From contig CAVXGA010000009.1 of assembly GCA_963761195.1 (NCBI GenBank), forward strand, positions 270,747 to 334,746: DNA of 64,000 nucleotides, in the 5' to 3' direction. Every line of letters starts with the position of its first letter. Within the stretch, counting starts at the first letter, position 1. The position numbers and the translations under genes are program-made. Of the stretch, positions 28,972 through 40,604 are shown piece by piece. The DNA comes from an uncultured Bacteroidales bacterium. Its GTDB lineage: Bacteria > Bacteroidota > Bacteroidia > Bacteroidales > JAADJA01. Below the pieces are notes generated by a model. The model was not told the origin of the DNA and did no database searches. It saw only the letters and a program-made list of their open reading frames with translations.

Positions 28972-29469
28972 TTAAAAAAAGTTAAAAATAAGGGAAAGAA
29001 TATCTGCAGGTTTCTCACCATTTATAACGGTGTAATCTGGTGTCAAAGGAATGGGGACGCCATATTTCAGATAGGAGTTCCAGATATGATCGATATACCA
29101 ATCCGGTTCTTCACCCCATCGAAGGTCCAGTTTTTTTCGCTGAATAAATGTGTTATGGCCAATTTCAATGAAAATTTTCCGATCATACAGTGCATTGATC
29201 CGGTTATCATAAAAGGCGAACAGTCCTTCAGCTATAACAATATCTGCCTCACCGGATTCCTTGTAAATAGAATTTTTGAATTCAATAAAATTAATGGTGT
29301 CAGGAGTTTCCCAGTCAATGTGTCCCTGAATAGTTGGAAGATGAGGAACAGGATAAATAAAGTCATCCTGGCACAAAATTGTTACCTTTTTGCTTTTCAG
29401 GTGATCTTTGATTTTTTTCGCAAGTCCTGATTTTCCTGAATTGCTTACACCACCAATTCCTATGATCAT
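28972..29469 (-). CDS. P-loop nucleoside kinase of the nicotinamide riboside kinase / uridine kinase family
   Basis: 165-aa ORF containing GIGGVSNSGKSGLAKKI, QDDFI, IAEGLFAF and DHIWNSYLKYG. These parallel the NRK1 motifs GISGVTNSGKTT, QDDFF, IEGFLLF and GHVWPMYLKY. Confidence 0.6.
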   Translation of the reverse strand: MIIGIGGVSNSGKSGLAKKIKDHLKSKKVTILCQDDFIYPVPHLPTIQGHIDWETPDTINFIEFKNSIYKESGEADIVIAEGLFAFYDNRINALYDRKIFIEIGHNTFIQRKKLDLRWGEEPDWYIDHIWNSYLKYGVPIPLTPDYTVINGEKPADILSLIFNFF

Positions 29470-29504
29470 TATAAGCTTTTTATAAATTTAATAGTAGCTT
29501 GTAA

Positions 29505-30080
29505 CAATGCATTCGTAATCGACTTAAATTTGGATGGGTACTGGCAGATAGTTGGTTTGCATCATCGGATAATATGCTTTTTATCCATAAGAAAAGAAAA
29601 TATTTCCTGATGGATATGAAAAGCAATCGTTTGGTAGCGTTGTCACAAAAAGATAGAATAGCTGGTAGTTGGATAAGACTTGATGAATTGAACATAGCCA
29701 CTGAAACACCTGTAATGGTTTATTTGAAGGATTTGCAAATCCCGGTTCTTCTTTGTAAACAAGTCTTTACAAACAAGGATAAAAGTACGGAAGAAATGTA
29801 TTTAGTGACAAACAATTTAGATTTGTCTTCCAACGATTTCACAATGTTCTATAAAAAAAGATGGAGCATTGAAGAATATCATAAGAGCATTAAGCAGAAT
29901 GCAGCAGCTGAAAAGTCTCCAACACGGACTGAAAGAACACAACAGAACCATTTGTTTGCTTCAATTTTCGCTTATGTTAAACTAGAGGAATTAAAACTGT
30001 GCAAAAAAATGAACCATTTTGCTTTAAAATCTAAACTGTACATTGCAGCTATCAAAGCTGCTTCAAAATTAATAAGATGA
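29505..30080 (+). mobile_element. 5'-truncated IS4/IS701-type DDE transposase remnant
   Basis: The open frame extends upstream of the called ATG (29574) to a stop near 29502. It reads ...FGWVLADSWFASSDNMLF (the second-D region) ...YKKRWSIEEYHKSIK, which matches the Y(2)R(3)E(6)K signature. The N-terminal ~200 aa, including the first Asp, are absent. Confidence 0.7.
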
Positions 30081-30100
30081 ATCCAAAATTGAAAAATAAA

Positions 30101-30697
30101 TTATTTTTTACCGATAAACCTGATAACCGAAGCCTCCCCATTATGGAATAATCCTTCATTCAGAATCACTTTTTCAGAAGACACCCAGATATTTTTCATA
30201 TCCCTGAAATCCGACTGGAGCTCATCTTCTGAAAAAAGCATTGTCAGATCCTTCGGGCCACCTGAATTAAAATGTATCTGTTCTTTCGAAAATCCTTCAA
30301 GAATCAATGATCCTCCGGGTTTTAAGAACCGGATTAATTTACGATGGTAGCCTTCTCTTTTATTCGGTGGAAAATGGACAAAAATAAGAACGATAAGGTC
30401 AAATTCATTTTTCGCGAATTCAATATCGTCAAAGGAAGATACTCTATAATCAATCATAACATTTCTGTCTGAGGCTAATTGCAGAGCCTTTTTCCTTGCT
30501 TCATTGCTCCCGTCGAATGCAACTACATGAAACCCTTTTTCTGCAGCATATACCGCATTTCTTCCTTCACCTTCAGCTGGAAACAGAATATTACCTGATT
30601 TGAAATTTTTCAATTGTTCGGCATAAAACCTGTTCGGTTCTGTACCATAAGCAAATTGAATTGCTGCATATCGGCTGTTCCAAAAATCAAAATTCAT
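30101..30697 (-). CDS. Class I SAM-dependent methyltransferase
   Basis: 198-aa ORF containing WNSRY...ILFPAEGEGRNAVYAAEKGFHVVAFDGS, a glycine-rich SAM motif. Confidence 0.7.
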   Translation of the reverse strand: MNFDFWNSRYAAIQFAYGTEPNRFYAEQLKNFKSGNILFPAEGEGRNAVYAAEKGFHVVAFDGSNEARKKALQLASDRNVMIDYRVSSFDDIEFAKNEFDLIVLIFVHFPPNKREGYHRKLIRFLKPGGSLILEGFSKEQIHFNSGGPKDLTMLFSEDELQSDFRDMKNIWVSSEKVILNEGLFHNGEASVIRFIGKK

Positions 30698-30717
30698 CGG
30701 GAATTATTTTAAAAGAA

Positions 30718-31065
30718 TTATTCAACAGCGAAGTCATATTCTTGTTCAACCCGGCAAACCCTGACTTTATAATATTTATACCAGACTTCCCTTCCTTTTT
30801 TTTGAGCCAGCATATGTTCCGAATTTTTTTTCCATTGTTTCAGTGAATCTAAATCCGACCAGTACGATACCGATATTCCGATCGTTTCCCGTGCTGACTC
30901 AAAACCAATAAATCCCGGTTGCTTCGCAGCAAGCTTATTCATTTTTTCATTCATCTGTGCATACCCTTCGTCGGCTTCGGTTCTTTCCGAAGTGAATATT
31001 ACCGCGTAATACGGTTTATCGAATTCAGTAAGTAGCATATTATAAATTTGATTAAACGTTAACAA
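30718..31065 (-). CDS. Antibiotic biosynthesis monooxygenase (ABM)-fold protein
   Basis: 115-aa ORF. The pattern YYAVIFTSERT...GFIGFESAR...SYWSDLDSLKQWK fits the ABM / dimeric alpha-beta barrel fold. Confidence 0.6.
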   Translation of the reverse strand: MLTFNQIYNMLLTEFDKPYYAVIFTSERTEADEGYAQMNEKMNKLAAKQPGFIGFESARETIGISVSYWSDLDSLKQWKKNSEHMLAQKKGREVWYKYYKVRVCRVEQEYDFAVE

Positions 31066-31090
31066 TACAAAAGTGGTGATTTCAATTCAT

Positions 31091-31933
31091 TTAATTTCCG
31101 CTTCTTTTGCAATCAATTACGACAAAAGGAACAGTGAGTTCAAGCTGTCCCCGGATGGAAGAAATATCGTTCAATTCTTTTTCAATTTCACGAAATACAT
31201 CATCCCTCATATTTTCAGGTATAATTTCTTTCCAGCTATCAAGAAAAGCCAGACGGATTAAAAAATGGTTAAACATTGCGGTTCCATCTGTAAAATTTAA
31301 CTTAAAAGTATCCTCTGTCAGGTTTTTGATCTCAAACCCTGCATTTTCAATTAAAGAAAGTAACTCAGGCAGAGGCTTTCGTTTTATATAAATATGACGG
31401 TGTATTTTCTCAATATCAACATTCATATTCCGCTTAAGCAGAACATTTTCAAAAACAGTATAAAATTCAATCATGGTTTTGTTGAGATTGACTGTCGCAA
31501 CGAACTGAGCTCCGGGTTTGCTTATCCTTGAACATTCTGATAATGTCTTGGTCAAATCGTTCACATTATTGATCCCGTTGTTGCTAACGATCAGATCAAT
31601 GCTATTGTTGGGTAAAGGAATTGCTTCTGCCACACCTTCAATGATCTCGACATTAGAAATTTGATATAATGAAATTTTCTTTCTGATCCTGTCTATGGCT
31701 TCTTTCCAAGGATCAATTCCATAAACTTTACAGGATTCACCCAAACGCATCGCGATTTCAAGAACCGGAAAACCCAAGCCGGAGCCTATATCCAGTACCG
31801 TGATATTTTTCCTGATTTTGATGGCATCCAGCAGTTTTAGACCGAATGGTGCCGACCATAAAGGTAATTCATCAATAACTGATATAAAATCAGGTTGGGT
31901 TAAGTCGAATAAGTCTTTGCCGGTGGGATTCAT
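31091..31933 (-). CDS. Class I SAM-dependent methyltransferase
   Basis: 280-aa ORF with SAM motif I (VLDIGSGLGFPVLEIA) and the post-motif DLIVSNNG. Confidence 0.7.
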   Translation of the reverse strand: MNPTGKDLFDLTQPDFISVIDELPLWSAPFGLKLLDAIKIRKNITVLDIGSGLGFPVLEIAMRLGESCKVYGIDPWKEAIDRIRKKISLYQISNVEIIEGVAEAIPLPNNSIDLIVSNNGINNVNDLTKTLSECSRISKPGAQFVATVNLNKTMIEFYTVFENVLLKRNMNVDIEKIHRHIYIKRKPLPELLSLIENAGFEIKNLTEDTFKLNFTDGTAMFNHFLIRLAFLDSWKEIIPENMRDDVFREIEKELNDISSIRGQLELTVPFVVIDCKRSGN

Positions 31934-31982
31934 TAAATAATTTATTTACTGTTAATATGCCTGATTATGCGGGGAACAATTA

Positions 31983-31990
31983 CAAAAATA
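31983..31990 (-). promoter_or_regulatory. -7 promoter box TATTTTTG (minus strand)
   Basis: Matches TAnnTTTG and lies 50 nt upstream of the ATG at 31933. Confidence 0.35.
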
Positions 31991-32191
31991 TTAAAAATTA
32001 TGCGATATGGAGTTTGAAATAATTGCAAAATATCACAGTTTCAAAAACAAGCGAAATGTATTCGTGAATCCCAGATTCTCTGTCTCCGTTTGGGCCAGGT
32101 AAAGAAAGCCTTATTTCAACTCAATAAAGCAAGTGATTTATGGAATTGATTTTAAAATTGAATTCCAGAGTCCTGTCTAAGGTTAATGGAA

Positions 32192-32220
32192 TTAAAAAGG
32201 CAGTAAAAAATACTGCCTTT
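32192..32220 (-). terminator. Rho-independent terminator of eno
   Basis: On the minus strand: AAAGGCAGTA / TTTTTT loop / TACTGCCTTT, followed by Ts. It lies 27 nt after the eno stop. Confidence 0.75.
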
Positions 32221-32246
32221 AAATGAATTTCATGTATCAGGAAATT

Positions 32247-33548
<1,302 letters not shown>

Positions 33549-33574
33549 TTAATTGTGATATTGACTGCGAAAAT

Positions 33575-33612
33575 ACAAAAAAGGATAAAGTCAGAAACCT
33601 TATCCTTTTTTA
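33575..33612 (-). terminator. Rho-independent (bidirectional-looking) terminator after rplQ
   Basis: An A-run, then the 8-bp stem AAGGATAA / TTATCCTT, then a T-run. It lies 46 nt downstream of the rplQ stop. Confidence 0.7.
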
Positions 33613-33657
33613 ATTATATTTTGAATTTTATCGAATAGCAGTTAATAAGGTATCTTG

Positions 33658-34272
33658 TTATTCCTTATTTTCTTCGGCTTCTGGTTCTGCTGTAGCATCT
33701 TCACTTGACGTAACATCTTCTACTGAAGTATCCGCCTCGGCTGAAATCTCCTCAACTGTTTCTGCAATCGGTTCAGGTGTTTCAACTTTTTCTACAGTAT
33801 CTTCCTTAACTTCCTGAGGTTTTGATTTCGGTTCATCACCCGTTACTTTTTTCGAAACTTTTCTTCGCCGGGTAGTTTTTGCCTTCTTCGAATCTTTGCC
33901 GCCGAGTAAATTTTCATTGAAATCCACAAGCTCCATCATACACATTTCAGCATTATCACCTAAACGTGCACCCGTTTTAATGATCCGCGTATAGCCTCCG
34001 GGCCGGTCAGCAACCTTCACAGAAACTTCCCTGAACAATTCGGTAACTGCTTCCTTATTTTGTAAATAACTGAAAACAATTCTACGTGAATGGGTAGTAT
34101 CTTCCTTCGACTTTGTGATCAACGGTTCAACATAAATCCGTAAAGCCTTTGCTTTGGCAAGGGTTGTATTGATTCGTTTATGCATAATCAGCGAAGCAGC
34201 CATATTCGATAGCATGGCTTTGCGGTGTGAGCTAGTCCTCGATAAATGATTGATTTTCTTCCTGTGTCTCAT
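33658..34272 (-). CDS. rplQ: 50S ribosomal protein L17 with a long acidic C-terminal extension
   Basis: 204-aa ORF starting [25 protein letters not shown]. It follows rpoA. Confidence 0.95.
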   Translation of the reverse strand: MRHRKKINHLSRTSSHRKAMLSNMAASLIMHKRINTTLAKAKALRIYVEPLITKSKEDTTHSRRIVFSYLQNKEAVTELFREVSVKVADRPGGYTRIIKTGARLGDNAEMCMMELVDFNENLLGGKDSKKAKTTRRRKVSKKVTGDEPKSKPQEVKEDTVEKVETPEPIAETVEEISAEADTSVEDVTSSEDATAEPEAEENKE

Positions 34273-34277
34273 CTCAA

Positions 34278-35270
34278 TTATTCCTTATCTAATTTGTACT
34301 TTGCGATATTCATACCAAATTCAAGTCCCTTGGTTTTGACAAGTTCTTCCAACTCGGTGAGTGATTTTTTACCAAAATTCCTGAATTTCAACAGGTCGTT
34401 TTTGTTGAATTGAACCAGATCTCCAAGGGTTTCGACATCCGCAGCCTTCAAACAATTAAGTGCCCTTACTGATAAATCCAAATCAACAAGTTTCGTTTTA
34501 AGAAGCTGCCGTGTATGAAGCGAACTTTCATCAAATTCGTCAGTAACGGTTTTTTCTTCTGAGTCGAGCGTAATTTTTTCATCCGAAAAGAGCATAAAAT
34601 GATGTATCAAAATTTTAGCTGCCTCCTTCAATGCTTCCTTCGGGTGAATTGAACCATCGGTTTCTATTTCGAGAATCAGTTTCTCATAGTCGGTTTTTTG
34701 TTCAACCCTGAAATTCTCAATATCGAATTTTACATTTTTAATCGGTGTATGGATTGAATCCATAAATATAGTTCCGATGTTCGCATTCAAATTTTTATTT
34801 TCTTCTGCCGGAACATATCCCCTGCCCTTTTCAATATTCAGTTCGATGGAGATTTTTACATTCGGTTCCATATGACAAATAATCTCATCGGGATTAAGTA
34901 CCTGGAATACCGAAAGAAATTTATTGATATCACCTGCTTTGAAGACTTCCTGATCGCCGATAACAATGTGAACTTTTTCATTGTTTTCAGTTCCGATTTG
35001 TCTTCTGAAACGGATCTTTTTTAAGTTCAAAACGATTTCCGTAACATCTTCAACAATGCCTTTTATTGTTGAAAATTCCTGCTCAACACCTTCAATTTTT
35101 ATGGAGGTAATTGCATATCCCTCGAGGGACGATAATAAAATTCTTCTCAGGGCATTGCCAATGGTAATACCAAACCCTGGTTCAAGCGGACGAAATTCAA
35201 ATATACCTTTGAATTCATCAGCTTCTATCATGATGACTTTATCAGGTTTTTGAAATGTTAAAACTGCCAT
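34278..35270 (-). CDS. rpoA: DNA-directed RNA polymerase subunit alpha
   Basis: 330-aa ORF containing [25 protein letters not shown] and the C-terminal domain [12 protein letters not shown]. Confidence 0.97.
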   Translation of the reverse strand: MAVLTFQKPDKVIMIEADEFKGIFEFRPLEPGFGITIGNALRRILLSSLEGYAITSIKIEGVEQEFSTIKGIVEDVTEIVLNLKKIRFRRQIGTENNEKVHIVIGDQEVFKAGDINKFLSVFQVLNPDEIICHMEPNVKISIELNIEKGRGYVPAEENKNLNANIGTIFMDSIHTPIKNVKFDIENFRVEQKTDYEKLILEIETDGSIHPKEALKEAAKILIHHFMLFSDEKITLDSEEKTVTDEFDESSLHTRQLLKTKLVDLDLSVRALNCLKAADVETLGDLVQFNKNDLLKFRNFGKKSLTELEELVKTKGLEFGMNIAKYKLDKE

Positions 35271-35314
35271 TATTAGTTGTGTTTAAGTAATAATTTGGTT
35301 AACTGATTTATTTC

Positions 35315-35920
35315 TTATTTAGAATACAACTCAACAATAAGCTGTTCCTTAATATTTTCAGGGATATCCTCCCTTTCGGGGTAGTTAAGGAATTTTCCTG
35401 ACATTGTACTGTCATTCCATTCGAGCCAGGAGAAATTTGTAGGCCGTGAAGCCAGCGAATCCGTTATTGCAATAAGCGATTTCGATTTTTCCCTGACAGC
35501 CACCACATCTCCGGGTTTTATTGAAAACGAGGGGATATTGATAACTTTATCGTTAACGGTAATATGACGATGCGACACCAGTTGTCTGGCGCCTGGTCGT
35601 GAAGGAGAAATTCCAAGTCTGTAAACCACATTGTCTAACCGGGCTTCAATAAGCTGAAGCAATATAACGCCAGTAACTCCCTTTTTGTGGGATGCTTTTA
35701 TAAACGTGTTTTTAAACTGGCGCTCAAGGATACCATAGGTATACTTGGCTTTTTGTTTTTCCTGCAACTGAACACCATACTCTGATTGTTTTCTCCTGCG
35801 TTTTGAAGCTCCATGCTGCCCTGGCGGAAAATTTTTCCTGTCGAAATATTTATCAGGACCATAAATTGCTTCCTTGAATTTTCTGGCTATTTTTGTTTTC
35901 GGACCAATGTATCTTGCCAT
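35315..35920 (-). CDS. rpsD: 30S ribosomal protein S4
   Basis: 201-aa ORF starting [15 protein letters not shown]. Confidence 0.97.
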   Translation of the reverse strand: MARYIGPKTKIARKFKEAIYGPDKYFDRKNFPPGQHGASKRRRKQSEYGVQLQEKQKAKYTYGILERQFKNTFIKASHKKGVTGVILLQLIEARLDNVVYRLGISPSRPGARQLVSHRHITVNDKVINIPSFSIKPGDVVAVREKSKSLIAITDSLASRPTNFSWLEWNDSTMSGKFLNYPEREDIPENIKEQLIVELYSK

Positions 35921-35958
35921 TTTATAAAATAATTTTAAATTTTAACGTGCAATTCAAT

Positions 35959-36348
35959 TTAAACTCTTCTTCTTTTAGGTGGCCTGCAACCATTGTGAGG
36001 AAGCGGGGTTACGTCGTTAATCTCAGTTACTTCAACTCCTGCCGAATGAATCGTACGAATTGCAGATTCTCGTCCTGAACCCGGTCCTTTTACAAAAACT
36101 TTTACTTTTCGTAAACCCTGGTCATAGGCAACTTTTGTGCAATCTTCGGCAGCCATCTGAGCAGCATACGGGGTATTTTTCTTTGAACCCCTGAATCCCA
36201 TTTTTCCTGCAGATGCCCATGAAATGACATGACCTGAATTGTTTGTCAACGTGATGATAATATTGTTGAATGATGCATTGATATATGCTTTTCCCGTAGG
36301 CTCAACTTTAACAACCCTTTTCTTTGATGCTCTGGTTTTTTTAGCCAT
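35959..36348 (-). CDS. rpsK: 30S ribosomal protein S11
   Basis: 129-aa ORF containing ...[26 protein letters not shown]. Confidence 0.97.
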   Translation of the reverse strand: MAKKTRASKKRVVKVEPTGKAYINASFNNIIITLTNNSGHVISWASAGKMGFRGSKKNTPYAAQMAAEDCTKVAYDQGLRKVKVFVKGPGSGRESAIRTIHSAGVEVTEINDVTPLPHNGCRPPKRRRV

Positions 36349-36391
36349 ATAATATTATTTTTTCCTGCTTTATTTTATTCGTTACTATACA

Positions 36392-36772
36392 TTAACCCTT
36401 AGTTGCCTTCTTTTTATTGGCAACAGTTTTTTTCCTTCCTTTACGAGTTCGTGCATTGTTTTTAGTACTTTGACCTCTTGTCGGTAACCCGGTTCTGTGT
36501 CTTATTCCTCTGTAAGTACCGATGTCCATCAACCGCTTGATATTCATCTGGACTTCCGAACGCAATTCACCTTCAATTTTAAAATTACCAGAGATGACAT
36601 TTCTGATTGTGTTTTGTTCATCATCTGTCCAATCCTGAACTTTTTTATTTACATCAACTCCGGCATTATCAAGAATCTTTTGAGCATTCGCTTTGCCAAT
36701 TCCGAAAATGTAAGTTAAAGCAATTATCCCTCTTTTGTTTTTTGGTATGTCGATACCTGCTATACGAGCCAT
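36392..36772 (-). CDS. rpsM: 30S ribosomal protein S13
   Basis: 126-aa ORF starting [15 protein letters not shown]. Confidence 0.97.
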   Translation of the reverse strand: MARIAGIDIPKNKRGIIALTYIFGIGKANAQKILDNAGVDVNKKVQDWTDDEQNTIRNVISGNFKIEGELRSEVQMNIKRLMDIGTYRGIRHRTGLPTRGQSTKNNARTRKGRKKTVANKKKATKG

Positions 36773-36845
36773 ATAATTTTATTTTCAGTTACTATTTTCT
36801 GTTCAATATTCATTGAATTGCAATAAGAAATATCATCTTAAACAA

Positions 36846-36962
36846 TTACCCTTGTCTTTGTTTGTATTTTGGATTTTTTTTGTTAATCACATACAAACGA
36901 CCATTCCGGCGAACTATCTTACATTCCGGTGTTCTCTTCTTTATTGATGCCCTTACTTTCAT
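36846..36962 (-). CDS. rpmJ: 50S ribosomal protein L36
   Basis: Not in the ORF track. Manual translation gives [38 protein letters not shown] (38 aa), between infA and rpsM. Confidence 0.9.
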   Translation of the reverse strand: MKVRASIKKRTPECKIVRRNGRLYVINKKNPKYKQRQG

Positions 36963-36975
36963 TTTATTTTCGTTT

Positions 36976-37194
36976 TTATTTGTATCTGAATGATATCCTG
37001 CCTTTTGTCAAATCATACGGCGACATTTCAAGTCTCACTTTATCACCCGGAAGTATTTTAATATAATGCATCCGCATTTTACCTGAAATATGAGCCGTAA
37101 TGATATGCCCGTTTTCAAGCTCAACCCGAAACATTGCATTTCCCAATGATTCGATTACTGTTCCATCTTGTTCTATTGAGGCTTGTTTTGCCAT
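36976..37194 (-). CDS. infA: Translation initiation factor IF-1
   Basis: 72-aa ORF containing [30 protein letters not shown]. Confidence 0.97.
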   Translation of the reverse strand: MAKQASIEQDGTVIESLGNAMFRVELENGHIITAHISGKMRMHYIKILPGDKVRLEMSPYDLTKGRISFRYK

Positions 37195-37234
37195 AATTAA
37201 CCGGACACTTTATATCTTTTTCTCGAATTATAAA

Positions 37235-38011
37235 TCAATTATTATTAAGCACTTCTTCGATAAAATCAAATGTTGATAAAATCTCTGCTTCATTTTTTTG
37301 CACTACCACGGTATGTTCAAAATGTGCAGAAGGAGAATTGTCAGCCGTCCGAATTGTCCACCCATCACGTTCCTGTATCACTCTTTTTCCGCCAAGGTTT
37401 ATCATCGGTTCAATTGCAATCACCATTCCTTCACTTAATTTAGGTCCGGTTCCTCTTTTACCGAAATTGGGAACTTCAGGCTTTTCGTGCAAATTTCTCC
37501 CCAACCCATGGCCCACCAAATCTCTTACAACTGAATAACCAAATTCTTCAACATAATTCTGAATGGTACTTCCAATATCCCCTACCCGATTACCAGCTGC
37601 CGCCATTTTTATCCCAAGATAAAGCGAAGCTTTTGTTCTTTCCATAAGCTGAAGAACATTTTCTTTCACATCTCCAATTGCAAAAGTATACGCCGAATCA
37701 CCATAGAAACCATTTTTTAAGGTTCCGCAATCAACCGAAACAATATCCCCGTCTTTCAACTCCCTTTCCGACGGAAAACCATGAACGACCTGTTCATTAA
37801 TTGAAATACACAAGGTAAATGGGAATCCGTTATATCCTTTAAATCCGGGGACTGCTCCATTATCCCTGATATACTCTTCTGCCAACTTATCCAGAGCAAT
37901 TGTTTTCACTCCGGGCTTAAGGTGTTTGGCCACTTCTGCCAGGGTTTTGCCAACAAGCAAAGAACTTTCTTTTATTAACTCAATTTCTTCTGTCGTCTTG
38001 ATATATATCAT
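37235..38011 (-). CDS. map: Type I methionine aminopeptidase
   Basis: 258-aa ORF containing VVHGFP, DIVSVDCG, GHGLG and IEPM. Confidence 0.95.
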   Translation of the reverse strand: MIYIKTTEEIELIKESSLLVGKTLAEVAKHLKPGVKTIALDKLAEEYIRDNGAVPGFKGYNGFPFTLCISINEQVVHGFPSERELKDGDIVSVDCGTLKNGFYGDSAYTFAIGDVKENVLQLMERTKASLYLGIKMAAAGNRVGDIGSTIQNYVEEFGYSVVRDLVGHGLGRNLHEKPEVPNFGKRGTGPKLSEGMVIAIEPMINLGGKRVIQERDGWTIRTADNSPSAHFEHTVVVQKNEAEILSTFDFIEEVLNNN

Positions 38012-38035
38012 AACAAGTAGAACCGATATTCAATT

Positions 38036-39403
38036 TTACCCAGTCATACTGAATGATGACCTTCCTTTAATCCTGCCTGATTTTGTCAGTCCATCGTAAT
38101 GCCGCATTAACAAATGGCTTTCTATCTGCTGCAACGTGTCAAGCACAACGCCGACAAGAATCAACAGGGAAGTTCCTCCATAAAAGGCGGCGAACTGACT
38201 ACTCACCCCGAACAACCTCACAAGTGCCGGCATAATAGCAACAAATCCAAGGAATATAGATCCGGGTAATGTAATCCGTGACATGACATTATCAATAAAC
38301 TCAGAAGTCTTTCTTCCCGGTTTCACACCCGGAATAAATCCGCCGTTCTTTTTCATATCATCAGCCATTTGGCTTGGGTTAATCGTAATGGCTGTATAGA
38401 AATAGGTAAAGGCAATGATCATCATGAAGAAGGTGAAGTTGTACCAAAACCCATTGATATTGGCAAATGCATTCACAAACTTCGACATACTTTCTGAGGC
38501 TGTAAATCCCGCTAATGTAATTGGCAAAAACATAATGGCCTGAGCGAAAATGATCGGCATAACTCCGGCAGCATTTACCTTGAGTGGAATGTATTGCCTA
38601 ACACCTCCGTACTGCTTGTTACCGACAATTCTTTTTGCATATTGCACAGGTATTTTACGGGTTCCCTGAACAAGTAAAATAGTGATGAGAATCACCAATA
38701 CCAATACCACAATTTCGACAACGAAAAATACAAGTCCGCCGCCTTTTTGTTCCATTCTAGCTGCAAATTCACCTACCAGGGCAAAAGGCAATCTGGCAAT
38801 AATTCCTATCATGATAATCAGAGAAATACCGTTGCCGATACCTTTATCGGTTATTTTTTCACCGAGCCACATAATAAACAATGAACCTGCCGTAAGTATT
38901 ACAATAGAAGACATCCCGAAAAACGAGAATATGGAATGTGAAACTGTTCCCGGATCAAACGGATAAATGCCTTCAGGCGGTAATTGTCTTACAAGGTTTG
39001 CGATATACGCTGGAGACTGGAAAATCAAAATAACAACGGTCAGATACCGTGTAATCTGGTTTATTTTCCTTCTGCCGCTCTCCCCTTCTTTCTGTAATTT
39101 CTGGAAATAAGGTATTGCCATACCTAAAAGCTGCACAACAATAGAAGCCGAAATATACGGCATAATCCCCAGAGCAAAAATACTGGCATTTGAAAAAGCA
39201 CCCCCTGAAAACATATTTAACAAACCGAGCAATCCTGCCTTTCCCTGATTCTGAAGGTTACCCAGTTGATGCGGGTCAACACCCGGCAAAACAACATAAG
39301 CACCCAGACGGTAAATCAGGATGATTCCCAGTGTATAAAGAATCCTGTTTCTAAGGTCCTCAATCTTGAAAATATTTCGTATTGTTTCAATTAATTTTTT
39401 CAT
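38036..39403 (-). CDS. secY: Preprotein translocase subunit SecY
   Basis: 455-aa polytopic ORF containing FALGIMPYISASIVVQLL. Confidence 0.97.
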   Translation of the reverse strand: MKKLIETIRNIFKIEDLRNRILYTLGIILIYRLGAYVVLPGVDPHQLGNLQNQGKAGLLGLLNMFSGGAFSNASIFALGIMPYISASIVVQLLGMAIPYFQKLQKEGESGRRKINQITRYLTVVILIFQSPAYIANLVRQLPPEGIYPFDPGTVSHSIFSFFGMSSIVILTAGSLFIMWLGEKITDKGIGNGISLIIMIGIIARLPFALVGEFAARMEQKGGGLVFFVVEIVVLVLVILITILLVQGTRKIPVQYAKRIVGNKQYGGVRQYIPLKVNAAGVMPIIFAQAIMFLPITLAGFTASESMSKFVNAFANINGFWYNFTFFMMIIAFTYFYTAITINPSQMADDMKKNGGFIPGVKPGRKTSEFIDNVMSRITLPGSIFLGFVAIMPALVRLFGVSSQFAAFYGGTSLLILVGVVLDTLQQIESHLLMRHYDGLTKSGRIKGRSSFSMTG

Positions 39404-39409
39404 CTAAAA

Positions 39410-39856
39410 TTAAATTTTAGTTGCGGTGCCACCATTTGATTCAATTGCTTTTATTGCCGTTTTCGAAAAAGCATGCGCTGTAACTTCGAGCTTTGCTTTT
39501 AATTCGCCACGTCCTAAAATTTTGATCAAATCGTTTTTGTTAGCTAACCCTTTTTCAATTAATGTTTCAAGGCTTACGGAAGTAACACTATTTTCATCAG
39601 ACAGTTTTTGCAGGGTATCTATATTAATGCCCCTGTATTCAACCCGGTTGATATTTTTAAATCCGAATTTTGGAACACGGCGATGCAAAGGCATCTGGCC
39701 TCCTTCAAAACCTGGTTTGCTTTTGTATCCCGATCTTGATTTTGCTCCTTTATGTCCCCTTGTTGAGGTGCCGCCATGACCCGATCCCTGTCCTCTGCCT
39801 ATTCTTTTCCTGTTCTTTGTTGAACCTTTTGCCGGTTTAAGATTGCTTAAATCCAT
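39410..39856 (-). CDS. rplO: 50S ribosomal protein L15
   Basis: 148-aa ORF containing MDLSNLKPAKGSTKNRKRIGRGQGSGHGGTSTRGHKG. Confidence 0.97.
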   Translation of the reverse strand: MDLSNLKPAKGSTKNRKRIGRGQGSGHGGTSTRGHKGAKSRSGYKSKPGFEGGQMPLHRRVPKFGFKNINRVEYRGINIDTLQKLSDENSVTSVSLETLIEKGLANKNDLIKILGRGELKAKLEVTAHAFSKTAIKAIESNGGTATKI

Positions 39857-39876
39857 TGTTATCTTATGTTATATAA

Positions 39877-40056
39877 TTAAACTTCCTCAATTGTGAGTAA
39901 ATGCCTTACTTTATCAATCATTCCCAGTATCTGGGGAGTTGGCTCGACTTCGCGTACCTGCTGCATTTTTTTTAGTCCTAGGGCTATCAATGTCCTCTTT
40001 TGACTTCCTTCTCTGCCGATCCCACTTCTAACCTGTTTGATTCTAAGTTTTTTCAT
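39877..40056 (-). CDS. rpmD: 50S ribosomal protein L30
   Basis: Not in the ORF track. Manual translation gives MKKLRIKQVRSGIGREGSQKRTLIALGLKKMQQVREVEPTPQILGMIDKVRHLLTIEEV (59 aa), between rpsE and rplO. Confidence 0.9.
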   Translation of the reverse strand: MKKLRIKQVRSGIGREGSQKRTLIALGLKKMQQVREVEPTPQILGMIDKVRHLLTIEEV

Positions 40057-40080
40057 ATCTGTTGTTCTGCTTTTATCCGG

Positions 40081-40599
40081 TTAACCATTAAAGACTGAAT
40101 TCAAATCCACACCCCTGAGCTGTGCTATCGTATAGGGATCCCTCATTTGGATCAGTGCATTTATGGTAGCTTTCACAACGCTATGCGGATTGGATGATCC
40201 TTTTGATTTTGCCAATACGTCCTTAACGCCTACACTTTCGAGTACAGCACGCATTGCACCACCCGCAATAACGCCGGTTCCAGGTGCTGCCGGTTTAAGG
40301 AATACTCTTGCCCCACTGTACTTGCCATTCTGTTCATGCGGCAATGTACCATTAAGGATTGGTACTTTTATCAGGTTTTTCTTGGCATCATCAATGCCTT
40401 TGGCAATAGCTGAAGTTACTTCTTTTGCTTTACCAAGTCCATACCCCACAACTCCCTGCTCATTACCTACAACCACAATTGCAGAAAAACTGAATGTTCT
40501 TCCACCTTTGGTTACCTTCGTAACACGCTGAATGCTGACCAGTCTGTCTTTGAACTCTATTTCGCTTGATTTAACCCGTTTAATATTGATATTTGACAT
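40081..40599 (-). CDS. rpsE: 30S ribosomal protein S5
   Basis: 172-aa ORF containing [24 protein letters not shown]. Confidence 0.97.
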   Translation of the reverse strand: MSNINIKRVKSSEIEFKDRLVSIQRVTKVTKGGRTFSFSAIVVVGNEQGVVGYGLGKAKEVTSAIAKGIDDAKKNLIKVPILNGTLPHEQNGKYSGARVFLKPAAPGTGVIAGGAMRAVLESVGVKDVLAKSKGSSNPHSVVKATINALIQMRDPYTIAQLRGVDLNSVFNG

Positions 40600-40604
40600 A
40601 GTTG

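Noticed and set aside
29480-29701. A minus-strand 73-aa ORF overlapping the transposase remnant.
   Set aside because: It is antisense to a frame with clear DDE-transposase motifs, and its sequence has no features of its own.
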